A stretch of DNA of 64,000 bases from assembly GCA_963662435.1 (NCBI GenBank), contig OY759598.1, positions 2,574,507-2,638,506 of the forward strand, written 5' to 3'. Of this stretch, positions 10,288 to 20,215 are shown in pieces. This DNA comes from Dehalococcoidia bacterium (lineage in GTDB: Bacteria; Chloroflexota; Dehalococcoidia; Lucifugimonadales; VXLM01). Under the pieces are notes generated by a model. The model worked only from the letters and a program-made list of their open reading frames with translations, did not search any database and was not told the DNA's origin. The translations under genes and the position numbers were made by a program. How positions within the stretch are numbered: position 1 is the stretch's first letter; the number at the start of each line of letters is the position of its first letter.

Positions 10288-11904
10288 TTACTCATCATCC
10301 CTAATCATGTCGAGGAGGTTAAGACCTGATGGCATCACCACACCACCCTCCGGAGTGCTACCGGTTTCGAATATTGAGTGCCAGAATTCGTTATTCCGCT
10401 TCGTGCCAAAGGCTGATAAAGATAGGTCCTTGTTTACCCACAAAGGGAGATGTCTAAGTGCATCAATGAAATTCTCCACATTCTTCCAACAGGCGTTGGG
10501 TATTTCCTGCTGAAAGAGCTTGCTCTCGTCAATGGGTTTGCCCGTAGTGACGAAGTATTGATATACAATCTGTCTCACCAGACGTACCCAACTGTGAAGT
10601 ATCTCCTGCTTCGACATCCGGAAGGCGCGGAGGTGAGGTTCCGAAATATCCTTTCCCTTTTGGACATCACTTTCGATATACCGCGTCCCCCTAACTGGGT
10701 CGAATTGATCGACATAGATTTTCTCGGCAACAATGTTCATCAACCTAACTGTTTGTTCTATCTCCAGTTGACGCGGGTTAGTGCCTTCTTGGAACCTGTA
10801 GTTGAAAGGCGTGGTCAGTACTTGGCCGAAGATGAAAAATTGATAGAATGTATTTTCTACAGCGTTATAGCTCAGTGGTTTCCCCGTGCTTCGGCCACCA
10901 TACTCGATATATTCCCTTAGCTTGTTATCAGGGCGGGTGGTTATTCCATCCCGTACGCGGTCGAGAACGTACCTCCGCATCTGAAGACTCTCGCCTCTAA
11001 AGTGGTTTACCAAGTCTTGCTCCGAAAAGTTCTCATCATCGTCGTCTAGCCCAAGATCCGCGCGATACCTGTCAATTCTGTTGCTTAGTATGGAACTACC
11101 CAAACTGCGTTGAACTGATTTGTCAAAGGCAACCTGGCGTAGGGTAGTTCCAGCATTCGTGTTTGCCGTTAGGAGGACATCAGTATCTGGATCGATGAAG
11201 ATTCTCACTGGTAAATTGCGGGCACCTAGCAATACTTGGGCAGCTGCTTTATGTTGGCCATCAAATATCTTGACTTCCACTTGATTCCCTTTTGACGTGT
11301 CGATCCACCCTAGCGAGATATGGAGCTGTGGGAGCTTTCTATGAAACTCCACAACCAATTTCCTTAGATTGCTTCCTATTGTCCTTGGATTTATGTGGTC
11401 ATCGTGGTGTAGATACTCAATCGGCAGGTTCACAAAGAAAGAACGAAATTCCGATATTTCATCCATGTACACCGGGAAACTCTTAACTTCATTGGAACCC
11501 ATATCCGTCAACGATGTCTTTAGAGTCGATCCGCTTACTGTCACTGGAAGCTTGTATCGGCTACCCCCATGCTGCAGCAAGACATCACCGAGATTCGGAG
11601 ATCGGTTCTCCTCTGTCAATTGCTGAGCGAGCTTGCCAAATGAGGCTAGCACTCTGGCCACTCGAAGGTCACTGGCCTGTTTCGACCGATTGCATGAATC
11701 ATGTGTAAGGGCAAAGTTCTCCGGTCCATCCTTACCACCGATACTAATTGGCTCTATGTGGTCGATATCAAATCTTCCAGCATGCAGAACCAAATCAACG
11801 TCTTCACCACAAATGAAACAATTCCCGCTCTGGGATTCGTACAAGCTGTTTACCAATGACTCCCGCTCTTGATTGGTCAGACGGCTCAAGTAAAGCGATG
11901 GCAT
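10288..11904 (-). CDS. HNH endonuclease fused to a ParB/DndB-like DGQH domain; AT-rich accessory gene
   Basis: CFIC...IDHIEP...GG...EN...H..CNRSK at the N-terminus; INPR...IFDGQHKAAA centrally; visibly lower GC than the flanks. Confidence 0.8.
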   Translation of the reverse strand: MPSLYLSRLTNQERESLVNSLYESQSGNCFICGEDVDLVLHAGRFDIDHIEPISIGGKDGPENFALTHDSCNRSKQASDLRVARVLASFGKLAQQLTEENRSPNLGDVLLQHGGSRYKLPVTVSGSTLKTSLTDMGSNEVKSFPVYMDEISEFRSFFVNLPIEYLHHDDHINPRTIGSNLRKLVVEFHRKLPQLHISLGWIDTSKGNQVEVKIFDGQHKAAAQVLLGARNLPVRIFIDPDTDVLLTANTNAGTTLRQVAFDKSVQRSLGSSILSNRIDRYRADLGLDDDDENFSEQDLVNHFRGESLQMRRYVLDRVRDGITTRPDNKLREYIEYGGRSTGKPLSYNAVENTFYQFFIFGQVLTTPFNYRFQEGTNPRQLEIEQTVRLMNIVAEKIYVDQFDPVRGTRYIESDVQKGKDISEPHLRAFRMSKQEILHSWVRLVRQIVYQYFVTTGKPIDESKLFQQEIPNACWKNVENFIDALRHLPLWVNKDLSLSAFGTKRNNEFWHSIFETGSTPEGGVVMPSGLNLLDMIRDDE

Positions 11905-12110
11905 GTCGTCCTTTTCCTTTTGCTCTTCTGGTGAGCTTAGCTCGTTATGGTCTGGTGTGAAACCGGGGCGTTCTAGTACTCGGAGTTTCTAAGCAACTCT
12001 CTGCCCTTGGAATGACGGGTCTGAGGACGGTTTCCGTAAGAAGCTCTGGTTGAAACGCAGATTATACGGCACGAAGACGACCGCCGCGAACCATGTTATG
12101 CGGTCAGGGC

Positions 12111-12737
12111 CTACTGACCGCGGAGGTACTTTACGAGAGCCCAGCGGTCCTCTTCGGACAGAAGGTACTTGAAAGCGGGCATGGGAGAATTCGAAGGCTG
12201 CCCGGCTTCAATGAGCGCGTAGCCCTGGCGGCCGCCCTCGCCTATGAAGGCGAAGATCTCCCCGTCGGTCGAGTTCTGGGTCGCGTCGCTGTTGAGGTTG
12301 GCCGGCACCACGCCGCGGGTCATGTACGGGACTACCGGTCCATCACCTGCGAGACTTGCCCCGTGACACACCTGGCAGTTCACCCGGTACACTTCGGCAG
12401 CGTGCGACCTGTTGTACCCCTGCGTGAGACCCTCGGGCATCGTGGCTGCCCTGTATTCCTCGATTGACGCGTACTGGATTTCACGCCCTGTCACTGGCAC
12501 GGAGTCGAGCGGCGGAAGCAGTCGCGGCACGTCCTGAGAGTCGAACTTGGGCTGATAGTGCATCTCGGAGAAGACCATCACCTTGTGCGACCCCGTTTCC
12601 GGGACCACCGGCAGCTTGAACCTGGCGACACCGTACACCTCAGTATCACCGGTCGTGGCGTTATAGCACGCCACCGCCATCAGCGACATGACTACCGCTA
12701 TGGCGACTACTGCAATATGGCGTGGGTTTCGAGGCAT
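12111..12737 (-). CDS. actE: Alternative complex III monoheme cytochrome c lipoprotein
   Basis: Lipobox MAVAC, MHYQPK motif, CQVCH heme site, distal MPAF, DRWALVKYLR. Confidence 0.85.
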   Translation of the reverse strand: MPRNPRHIAVVAIAVVMSLMAVACYNATTGDTEVYGVARFKLPVVPETGSHKVMVFSEMHYQPKFDSQDVPRLLPPLDSVPVTGREIQYASIEEYRAATMPEGLTQGYNRSHAAEVYRVNCQVCHGASLAGDGPVVPYMTRGVVPANLNSDATQNSTDGEIFAFIGEGGRQGYALIEAGQPSNSPMPAFKYLLSEEDRWALVKYLRGQ

Positions 12738-12776
12738 CTATCCTAGCTCTATCGTGTGTAATCGTATTTCGATTGG

Positions 12777-13316
12777 TTAGAAGTCGGTCTGTTCCCAGCC
12801 GCGCTTGATCTCTTCGGCGCCAGCCTTCTTCAGGGTCTCTTCGGCGTGTTCCATCTTGGACTCGTCCGCCGTGATCGTTATGCCGATGTATCCCTCGGTG
12901 ATTCGTGTGTCGTAGGCGCCCATGAACAGGCGCGGAAGCCTTGACTCGAAGATGATGCCCACGACCGTGAAGAGGATAGCGCCGAGCATCGTTCCTTCGT
13001 ACATGATGATCGCCATCGGCGGGATCGACAGAAGCGGCTTGCCGCCGGACACCAGCGGGAAAGCCAGCTGAGTACCGACGGTCAGGAGCAGGCCGACCGT
13101 GAAACCGCAGGCCGCGCCGATCAGGGGGAACCGGTAGAGCTTGTGCACCGGCTCCTCCTCGCCGAACGTGCCCTCGGGATAGGGCGTGCCCGTGAGAATC
13201 TCGTATTCGCCCTGGCCGTAACCGGAACCCGCGACCGCGTCGAGCGCGTTCGCCGCCGTATCTTCGTCCGTGTATAGACCTATGACGCTTCGCAGTGCCA
13301 CAGCATCACCTCGCAT
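12777..13316 (-). CDS. actD: Alternative complex III subunit D (DUF3341)
   Basis: Two TM segments, GGKP, YEGTML, YDTRIT. Confidence 0.85.
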   Translation of the reverse strand: MRGDAVALRSVIGLYTDEDTAANALDAVAGSGYGQGEYEILTGTPYPEGTFGEEEPVHKLYRFPLIGAACGFTVGLLLTVGTQLAFPLVSGGKPLLSIPPMAIIMYEGTMLGAILFTVVGIIFESRLPRLFMGAYDTRITEGYIGITITADESKMEHAEETLKKAGAEEIKRGWEQTDF

Positions 13317-14692
13317 TACTCTCTAATCGACGCGGGAACAATCCGCCTGCCGATTCGTATCTCGTCGCGTCCCACCATGCCCTCCTTGACGTCGAAGAGC
13401 GGGATGAGCGGGAACAATTTCGTAAAGACCAACATGCCCAGGACGACCCAGGCGAACGTCATTATCACCATCAGGATTTCCACCAGGCTCGGATGGTAGC
13501 TGCCCCAGTCGAAGATGAACTCGCCCCGGCGCATCGTGCCCGGCACGATGATGAGGAAACGCTCGAGCCACATCCCGATGTTGACCAGGATCGTCGTGAC
13601 GAACATCCAGAAGTAGCTTCTTCGAATGCTCTTGAACAGCCACATGGGCACCGGAATGAAGTAGGCCGTTACCAGGAACACTATGAACAGCGCGCTCCAC
13701 GGCCACTGGAACACCTGGAGATCACGCATCGCCAGCTCTGCGTCCTCCAGCGTGTACAGCGCGTACACCCACTCCAGGAAGAAGAAGAAGAACCACGTAG
13801 TTGCCACAATGATGAGCAGCCGCCCGATGGCGTCAAGATGATCGGGCTTGAGGTACTTGTCCCATCCCCAGACCCAGACCATGATGACCATCAGGGTCGC
13901 CACGGCCGAGACGCCGGAGTGAATCGCGCCGATGATGAAGTACGGTGCGAAGATGGTCGAGTGCCACGCTTCCGGCCCAATCTGCACGGCGAAGTCCCAG
14001 GACACAATGCTGTGGACCGAGACGAAAACCGGCAGCACCAGGGCCGACAGCAGGATCCCCGCTATCGCCTGGAGCTTCCATTGGCGCGGTGTCCCCCTCC
14101 AGCCCATCGCCATCACCGCGTAGAACTTGCGCGTGAACCCCGTCGCCCGGTCTCGCACGACAGCGAGGTCGGGGATCAGCGCGATGAAGACGAACAGCGA
14201 GCTCGCCGTCAGGTATGTCATAACGGCGCTTGGGTCCCAGATGAACGGGGAGCGGATGTTGATCCACACTCCGCGCGCGAAGTCGTAGGGGAATACCCAG
14301 AGGTCGGCGCGCCACGGCCGACCGACGTGCACAAGCGGCGCCGCCATGAGGGCGGACATGAGCGAGAAGACCGTCAGCACCTCGGCAGCACGTGTGACGG
14401 GACGCCGCCACTCGGCTTGCGTCAGGCGCAGGATTGCCGAGATCATGATCCCCGCGTGGCTGATGCCGATGAAGAAGACGAAGTTCACCATGTACACGCC
14501 CCAGAACACGGGACGGTTGAGGCCGGTCACGCCAACTCCCTGGTTGAGCATGTAGCCGAACGCGCCCATCCCTGTGAGGAATATCACCGTGGTGACGATA
14601 ACGGCCGGCCACCACCACCTCGGTGTATGGAGCACCGAACTGAGGAGGTCCTCGTTGATCTGTCGTTGTGTTAGCTGTACGTGTTCTTGCAT
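13316..14692 (-). CDS. actC: Alternative complex III quinol-oxidising NrfD-family subunit
   Basis: WG...NFVFFIGISHAG, HVGRPW, SPFIWD, HSIVSWDFA, WHSTIFAPYF, GMWLERF. Confidence 0.9.
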   Translation of the reverse strand: MQEHVQLTQRQINEDLLSSVLHTPRWWWPAVIVTTVIFLTGMGAFGYMLNQGVGVTGLNRPVFWGVYMVNFVFFIGISHAGIMISAILRLTQAEWRRPVTRAAEVLTVFSLMSALMAAPLVHVGRPWRADLWVFPYDFARGVWINIRSPFIWDPSAVMTYLTASSLFVFIALIPDLAVVRDRATGFTRKFYAVMAMGWRGTPRQWKLQAIAGILLSALVLPVFVSVHSIVSWDFAVQIGPEAWHSTIFAPYFIIGAIHSGVSAVATLMVIMVWVWGWDKYLKPDHLDAIGRLLIIVATTWFFFFFLEWVYALYTLEDAELAMRDLQVFQWPWSALFIVFLVTAYFIPVPMWLFKSIRRSYFWMFVTTILVNIGMWLERFLIIVPGTMRRGEFIFDWGSYHPSLVEILMVIMTFAWVVLGMLVFTKLFPLIPLFDVKEGMVGRDEIRIGRRIVPASIRE

Positions 14693-14711
14693 GGCTATGC
14701 GTTCGGCAGTA

Positions 14712-16100
14712 CTACTCCGGCTTGCCGAGTACCTGCACCTCGGTCCGATGGAACGGCTTGTGGATGCGGTACAGCAATACTTCCTTTTGCTCCCAGATAT
14801 TGATCGGCGGGATGATGCGCGTTCCCAACATGTAAATGAGTATGCAGGCTGATATGCCTCCCACCCAGATGAGCACGTCGGCCACGTCCGGCAGGACGGC
14901 GTCAGGTATCTCCACCATCAGGTGCTTGTTAGCTGAATCCGAGACTGAGAATGCCGCGACGTACACGCGAACCCTGTCTAGGAGCGTCGCGACCAAGACA
15001 CCGCATGCGATGACGACCGGACCCCACACGCTCTTGCGCAGCGGGTTCCAGATCATCGCCCACAGGGGAACGAGGAAAGCGAATGTGAAGATGATGAAGA
15101 ATATCGGCAGATATGGTCCGACGAACAGCAGGTCGAGCACTGCCTCCTCGGCAGGCTTCGCACCGAACCAGAAGATGATGAAGCTCGAGAACCAGAACCA
15201 GAACCACAGGAGAGAAAGGGCAAACAGGAGCTTGCCCAGTCCCCAGAACTGGTCGAGGTTGATGTAGTCCTTGTAGCCGCCGAAGCGGTACATGACGAAC
15301 ATCGTTACCAGCGTGATCGCCACTCCCGCCTGCAGCGAGTTGTGGGCGTGCGTCGCCGGATAGAGCGCATCGATCCAGCCGGGCACGAGAGATATCCCGA
15401 AGTCCATGCTGAATGCGAAGTGCGCCGTAACAAGCATCATGAAGTAGAAAGCCCCAAGGATGCCCAGCCGGTGCTTTTGCCAGTTCCACTGACCGGACGT
15501 GCCGACCCAGCCTCTCGCCAGGCGGCCGAACCAGACCTTCTTCTTTCCCGTTGAACGGTCACGCAGCATAGCGAAGTCCGGCATCGCCGAGACCCAGAGG
15601 AGCCACAGGCCATTCACGGTCAGCGCCAGGAGCACGAGCGTCGTCGTGATCTCCGGCATGTGGGCGGGCATGTTCACCTCGCCGTAGAACCACAGCGTCC
15701 GCCTGCCGTCTTCCATGCTGGGCAGGGCCCATGCCACAGGGATGTATATGATGAAGCTCACGATGCCGACGAGACTGAACAGTTCCGCGACGCGCGAGAT
15801 TGAACGCCGCCAGTGCGCGTTGGCGATCCTCGGAGCGATGGCCACCATGGGAGCGCCCTGTGCCGCCGTCAGGATGAACGCAAACAGGGCAGCGTGATAG
15901 CCCCAGACTGGAGTATTGCCGAAACCGTCGGTCAGACGAATGGCGAATCCAACGACACCCAGCACCGACAGGAAGGCGAAAATTATCGCCGCTATGCGGA
16001 ACGTGGAGCCACGCAGTCGGCCCTTGTCGAGCAGGTCGTCCTCGACGGCTTTCGGCGTCGTCAGCGCGCCGTGACCGTTATGTGATGCACCGTTATGCAT
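14712..16100 (-). CDS. Second NrfD-family membrane subunit of ACIII (ActF-like)
   Basis: NrfD-like topology (WRRSISRVAE, PGW, LGKLL) but lacks the HxGRPW motif; His-rich N-terminus. Confidence 0.75.
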   Translation of the reverse strand: MHNGASHNGHGALTTPKAVEDDLLDKGRLRGSTFRIAAIIFAFLSVLGVVGFAIRLTDGFGNTPVWGYHAALFAFILTAAQGAPMVAIAPRIANAHWRRSISRVAELFSLVGIVSFIIYIPVAWALPSMEDGRRTLWFYGEVNMPAHMPEITTTLVLLALTVNGLWLLWVSAMPDFAMLRDRSTGKKKVWFGRLARGWVGTSGQWNWQKHRLGILGAFYFMMLVTAHFAFSMDFGISLVPGWIDALYPATHAHNSLQAGVAITLVTMFVMYRFGGYKDYINLDQFWGLGKLLFALSLLWFWFWFSSFIIFWFGAKPAEEAVLDLLFVGPYLPIFFIIFTFAFLVPLWAMIWNPLRKSVWGPVVIACGVLVATLLDRVRVYVAAFSVSDSANKHLMVEIPDAVLPDVADVLIWVGGISACILIYMLGTRIIPPINIWEQKEVLLYRIHKPFHRTEVQVLGKPE

Positions 16101-16845
16101 GCGAGCCGTTGTCGTCCTTGGCGGACTCGTCCACCTTCTTCAGATAGATCACGTTGGGTGATGTGCCGTACTGAGGCATCAGGTGATAGCCGCGACCTTC
16201 ATCGTCGTCCATCTCTTCCCTTGCCAACTTCGAGACCTTGCTGTTCGGGTCGTTCATATCGCCGAAGTACAGGGTATCCGTCGGGCAGGCGTTCACGCAG
16301 GCCGGGTTCAGCTCGCGGGAATCGTCCGACAATTCCTCCCCATCCCGATCGGCCTCACGTCTCGTCCGCCGAATGCGCTGGATGCAGAAGGTGCACTTCT
16401 CCATGATCCCGCGACTGCGGACCGTCACGTCAGGATTGAGCTGGTTCGTGAGAGTCTCCGGCCACTCCGGCTCCCAGAAGTTGAAGTACCGGACATGGTA
16501 CGGACAGTTGTTGGCGCAGAACCGCGTGCCGATGCAGCGGTTATACACCTGGACGTTCATGCCTTCGTTGTTGTGATACGTGGCGAACACGGGACAGACC
16601 GGCTCGCAGGGGGCGTCATCGCAGTGCTGGCACAGGATCGGTATGAACCGCGCCTTAACGTCTGGGAACTCGCCCTCCCAGTACCGCTCGACGCGAATCC
16701 ACTCGATCGCGCGACGCTGGTTGAAAATATCCTCGGTATTGATGGGAATGTTGTTCTCGGACTGGCATGCGACAACGCATCCCTGACAGCCGATGCACTT
16801 ATCGACGTCTATCACCATGCCCCATTTCGGGTTTGCACTCACCAT
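16093..16845 (-). CDS. ACIII iron-sulfur subunit (ActB2, NrfC-like)
   Basis: CIGCQGCVVAC, CQHCDDAPCEPVCP, CIGTRFCANNCP, MEKCTFCIQRI, ACVNACP. Confidence 0.92.
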   Translation of the reverse strand: MVSANPKWGMVIDVDKCIGCQGCVVACQSENNIPINTEDIFNQRRAIEWIRVERYWEGEFPDVKARFIPILCQHCDDAPCEPVCPVFATYHNNEGMNVQVYNRCIGTRFCANNCPYHVRYFNFWEPEWPETLTNQLNPDVTVRSRGIMEKCTFCIQRIRRTRREADRDGEELSDDSRELNPACVNACPTDTLYFGDMNDPNSKVSKLAREEMDDDEGRGYHLMPQYGTSPNVIYLKKVDESAKDDNGSHA

Positions 16846-16867
16846 GTTTCTAAGGCTCCGTTTCCCC

Positions 16868-19111
16868 TTACCCCGATGTCAGCGGGATGATTCTGCGATG
16901 TCCGTCTTCGGCGAGGTCCGGCGCGGTGTTCTCGAACTTCGGCAGGCGGATCCACTCGCCCGTCCTTCGCACGTCCACACGCGTCGCCGCCCAGGCCAAC
17001 GCTCCGGTCTCCGACTCCGTGACCGGCGAGAGTATCGACAGCACGTTCGCGCCCCGGTCCTTGGAGTACCGTCCGCCTCCCTTGTGGCCCTGTCCGACTG
17101 GGATCGCCACCACGTCGGGCGAAATTCCCGGATGCGGATAGGCGAGGGCCTCGATGGAACCATGCTCCGAGGACACCTTCACGACGTCCCCCTCGCTGAT
17201 TCCCATCTCCTCAGCCTTCTTCAAATTGATTTCGACCCAGGTCTGCCATGTTGCCGTCGTGATCGGGTCCGGCGTGGCCTGCAGCCACGGAAGGTCAGCC
17301 CCTCTGCCATCCGTCAACCCGGTCGTCTCGAACGGAATGAGGTGGAAGTTCCCTCCTCCGCGCGTTGACGGCGCTTGAGCGGCGGTCGGGAACGAATAGG
17401 TCGGACTGGGGTCTCCCCCGTCGTAGGTCTCATTGATGTCCCACCAGCCGCCTCGCTGAAGGACGGTATTCCAGAACAGCTTGGTATTTGCCGCCTGGAC
17501 CGAGCCCCTTCCCATGTCATGCAGCCTGGAGGCGTCGTTCTCGATCAGTTCCTTGAAGTTTTCGGCGTCGAGACCGAGGTCCTTCTCGAGCACCTGCGCC
17601 AACGCCATCAGCACATCACCAAGGTTCTTGGTCCCAAGATGGGGACCCCTCGGCTCGAAGAACGGACGGACGACCGGCTGCTGGAATCCTATTGTCTGGT
17701 AACCGGGTCCGGGATCGGGAATGTCCGTCCCCCAGTCCTCGAGGTAGTGGTTCTCCGGCAGGATGATGTCGGCCATCATCGTCGTGTCGTCAAAGCGGTT
17801 TGAGAAGCTGACGATGAGCGGCACATTGAAGCTGGCCTGCAGTATTGCGATATTCTCCGGGAGGCCATAGAAGGGATCGGCGTTGCGTACCAGCAGGGCC
17901 TTGACCTGTCCTCCCGACATCCGGCCTGCGAGGTTGTGGAAGTCCGAAAAAGAGGTTGCGTCCGGCGCCGTAGGAAGGTCGGCAATGGGTGGAGCCGGAT
18001 TGAAGATGACTCCTCCCTCTTTGCCCACGCTTCCTGATAGATAATTGAGAGCGTAGATGGCGTTCAAATTGAACAGGCCGTTTGAGTGCGCTCCAGCCGA
18101 GCCGCCTCCGATGGCGAGCCCCGGCGGGTGCTCCAGGAAATCGCGCGCTATCCTGACGATCTTCTCCGGCGCGACACCGGCCCTGCTACCGACCGCCTCT
18201 GGAGTGAACTGCTGCAGACTGTTGGAACCGTCTCCGGTGAGCGCCCGAAGGCCGGCCGAATTCGGTAGGCCGGCGGTTATCATGACGTTCGCTATGGCCA
18301 GCGCCACCTCGCCCTCGTACCCTGGCTTGACGTAGACCCACTCATCGGCATTTGCCGCGGTCATCGAGAACCGAGAGTCGAAGTGCACGAGCTTCCCGCG
18401 CTTCCTGTTCTCGCCCTGCCTGAAGTGGCCGTAGCCTCTTGCGTACCGGACGGAGGAACCCCACGTGTTCAGGAAGTCCGCCCCGAACGACAGGATGTAG
18501 GCCGCATTATCGATGTCAAAGTCAGGCATCGCTTCCTGGTCGAAGACCTGCTTCATGGAGGTCTTCAACACCGTGCGTTCCAGCGGCTCGTAGCTCATGT
18601 GCTGAGCGCCGAGCGACTCGGCGAACCTGTTGACAACAAGCCCCATGTGGGCGCCGACTGGATCGGTGATCATGACGGTCTCTTCGCCGCCAGCTGCCGC
18701 CAACCGCTCGGCGACACGCGAGACGGCGTCCGTCCAGCTCAGCTGCTCCCACTTGTCCTCGCCTCGCTGTCCCGTGCGAATCAACGGGGAACCGATACGG
18801 TCGGGGTGGTACAGACCCTGCAGTCCGGCCTCGGCGACGGCGTTGTGCTTGCCGCGGTTTACCGGATAGTCGACATTGCCCTCGATCTTCTTCGCGCGAC
18901 CCTCCATCACCCTCACGACGATGCCGAATGGTGCGCGATTCTGACGGTCGATGGTCGCATACCAGTTGTCGAGACCGGTGACCATGTCCTCCGGCATCTC
19001 GATCGGCGACTGGACGAGCAGCTCTTTTTCAGGGATGCCGCAAGCTGCCGCCGCCACCGCGGTGGCGGAACCGCCCATCAGCGTCAAAAATTGTCTTCGA
19101 GTTAGGGACAT
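16868..19111 (-). CDS. ACIII molybdopterin-oxidoreductase-like subunit (ActB1), Tat lipoprotein
   Basis: Tat signal TRRQFL plus AAAAC lipobox; KIEGN, YHPDR; N-terminal Fe-S cysteines replaced (YATIDRQNRAPFG). Confidence 0.88.
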   Translation of the reverse strand: MSLTRRQFLTLMGGSATAVAAAACGIPEKELLVQSPIEMPEDMVTGLDNWYATIDRQNRAPFGIVVRVMEGRAKKIEGNVDYPVNRGKHNAVAEAGLQGLYHPDRIGSPLIRTGQRGEDKWEQLSWTDAVSRVAERLAAAGGEETVMITDPVGAHMGLVVNRFAESLGAQHMSYEPLERTVLKTSMKQVFDQEAMPDFDIDNAAYILSFGADFLNTWGSSVRYARGYGHFRQGENRKRGKLVHFDSRFSMTAANADEWVYVKPGYEGEVALAIANVMITAGLPNSAGLRALTGDGSNSLQQFTPEAVGSRAGVAPEKIVRIARDFLEHPPGLAIGGGSAGAHSNGLFNLNAIYALNYLSGSVGKEGGVIFNPAPPIADLPTAPDATSFSDFHNLAGRMSGGQVKALLVRNADPFYGLPENIAILQASFNVPLIVSFSNRFDDTTMMADIILPENHYLEDWGTDIPDPGPGYQTIGFQQPVVRPFFEPRGPHLGTKNLGDVLMALAQVLEKDLGLDAENFKELIENDASRLHDMGRGSVQAANTKLFWNTVLQRGGWWDINETYDGGDPSPTYSFPTAAQAPSTRGGGNFHLIPFETTGLTDGRGADLPWLQATPDPITTATWQTWVEINLKKAEEMGISEGDVVKVSSEHGSIEALAYPHPGISPDVVAIPVGQGHKGGGRYSKDRGANVLSILSPVTESETGALAWAATRVDVRRTGEWIRLPKFENTAPDLAEDGHRRIIPLTSG

Positions 19112-19156
19112 TCCCTATGTTCTACTCCCCTCGTGATACGTGGAGGGGCATCTCCT

Positions 19157-19765
19157 TTAGTAATGGCACGTTGTGCAATCAGTCGGCGCCTCGTTGTCGC
19201 GGTGGCAGTCCACGCAATCGCCCATCTTCAGTGAGCGCACCTGCCGGACTTTCACCATGCTTCCCACGTCACCGTGACAAAGCTGACACGTCCCCGAGGC
19301 GCCTCCGTACTGTTCCGAGAAGTGCCGGATGTGCGGCTCGTGGACGAAGTTTACGTGATCGGGCACGCGATGCACGCGGACCCAGTCGACGGGAATCCCA
19401 CTCGTGTGGAAGTTCCGCAGTTTCTCGACCTCCGGCTTTTCGTCGCCGACCGTCAGGTGACAACTCATACAGAGGCCTACAGCCGGGATCGACGCGGCAG
19501 CGCCTTCCGTTACGTTTCGGTGACAGAATGTGCAGTCTAGACCCAGGTCTTCGACGTGCGTCGGATGGGGGAACGCTATCGGCTGATCAGGTCCATCGTT
19601 TACGCCGAATGCATCCAGGGGAAGTCCGAGCCATGCCGTGATAACGAACGTAGCTGCGACGAGGACAATGACGAGACCGACGACACCGCCGATGCCAAGC
19701 GCGCCGAATAGGACGAGCCGACGCCCCGTCGGCTTTTTTGGTGCTTGAAAATCGCCTGGCAGCAA
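19157..19765 (-). CDS. actA: ACIII pentaheme cytochrome c
   Basis: One N-terminal TM; QPIAFPH; five CxxCH motifs (CTFCH, CMSCH, CQLCH, CVDCH, CTTCH). Confidence 0.9.
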   Translation of the reverse strand: MLPGDFQAPKKPTGRRLVLFGALGIGGVVGLVIVLVAATFVITAWLGLPLDAFGVNDGPDQPIAFPHPTHVEDLGLDCTFCHRNVTEGAAASIPAVGLCMSCHLTVGDEKPEVEKLRNFHTSGIPVDWVRVHRVPDHVNFVHEPHIRHFSEQYGGASGTCQLCHGDVGSMVKVRQVRSLKMGDCVDCHRDNEAPTDCTTCHY

Positions 19766-19779
19766 GTGCGTCTACCCTA

Positions 19780-20124
19780 TTAGTGCACGGACGGAGGGTT
19801 GCCGCCGTGACCGAGAAGGTCGATCGAGCCGCCCTTTATCCAGTACGTATCGAATATGTCGCCCAGTACGCTCGACTCGCCGATGGCAGCTCCAATGAAG
19901 TAAGCATAGAGCGCGATTCCGGCGAACATCACGACGTACAGGGGAAGGCGCAAACGCTGCGCAGCTTGAGGCAAATGATGAGAGGCAACAAGAGAGGGAA
20001 TGCCGATATGAGCGACAAGGTACAGGGTACCGATGCAGATGATAAGGAGAAGCATGAACCAGAGATTCGTCAGCATGTTGGCAATGCCGGTCCATTCGGC
20101 ATTGGAAAGTGTCGCTGGATCCAT
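19780..20124 (-). CDS. Small membrane protein heading the act operon
   Basis: ATG at 20124 after GGAGAAAGGTGGAG; 2-3 hydrophobic segments; 14 nt from actA. Confidence 0.65.
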   Translation of the reverse strand: MDPATLSNAEWTGIANMLTNLWFMLLLIICIGTLYLVAHIGIPSLVASHHLPQAAQRLRLPLYVVMFAGIALYAYFIGAAIGESSVLGDIFDTYWIKGGSIDLLGHGGNPPSVH

Positions 20125-20186
20125 CTCCACCTTTCTCCGTAAGCCGCTGCGCAAGCGCTGGGAAGCCTTTGAAATCGGCACGCTGA

Positions 20187-20215
20187 AAATTATCACATCA
20201 CTATGACAGTGTCAA
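20187..20215 (-). promoter_or_regulatory. Sigma70 promoter of the act operon with palindromic operator over -35
   Basis: Minus strand TTGACA-17 bp-TAATTT; palindrome TGACA-G-TGTCA at 20204-20214. Confidence 0.6.

Noticed and set aside
13295..14674. Long antisense ORFs (also 31626-32861, 52933-54342, 8073-9176 and similar)
   Set aside because: Shadow frames of well-supported genes in high-GC DNA, with no recognisable motifs
16868..19111. Catalytic molybdoenzyme (DMSO/polysulfide reductase)
   Set aside because: Fe-S cysteines missing and the context (actA, C, D, E) indicates the non-catalytic ActB1 scaffold
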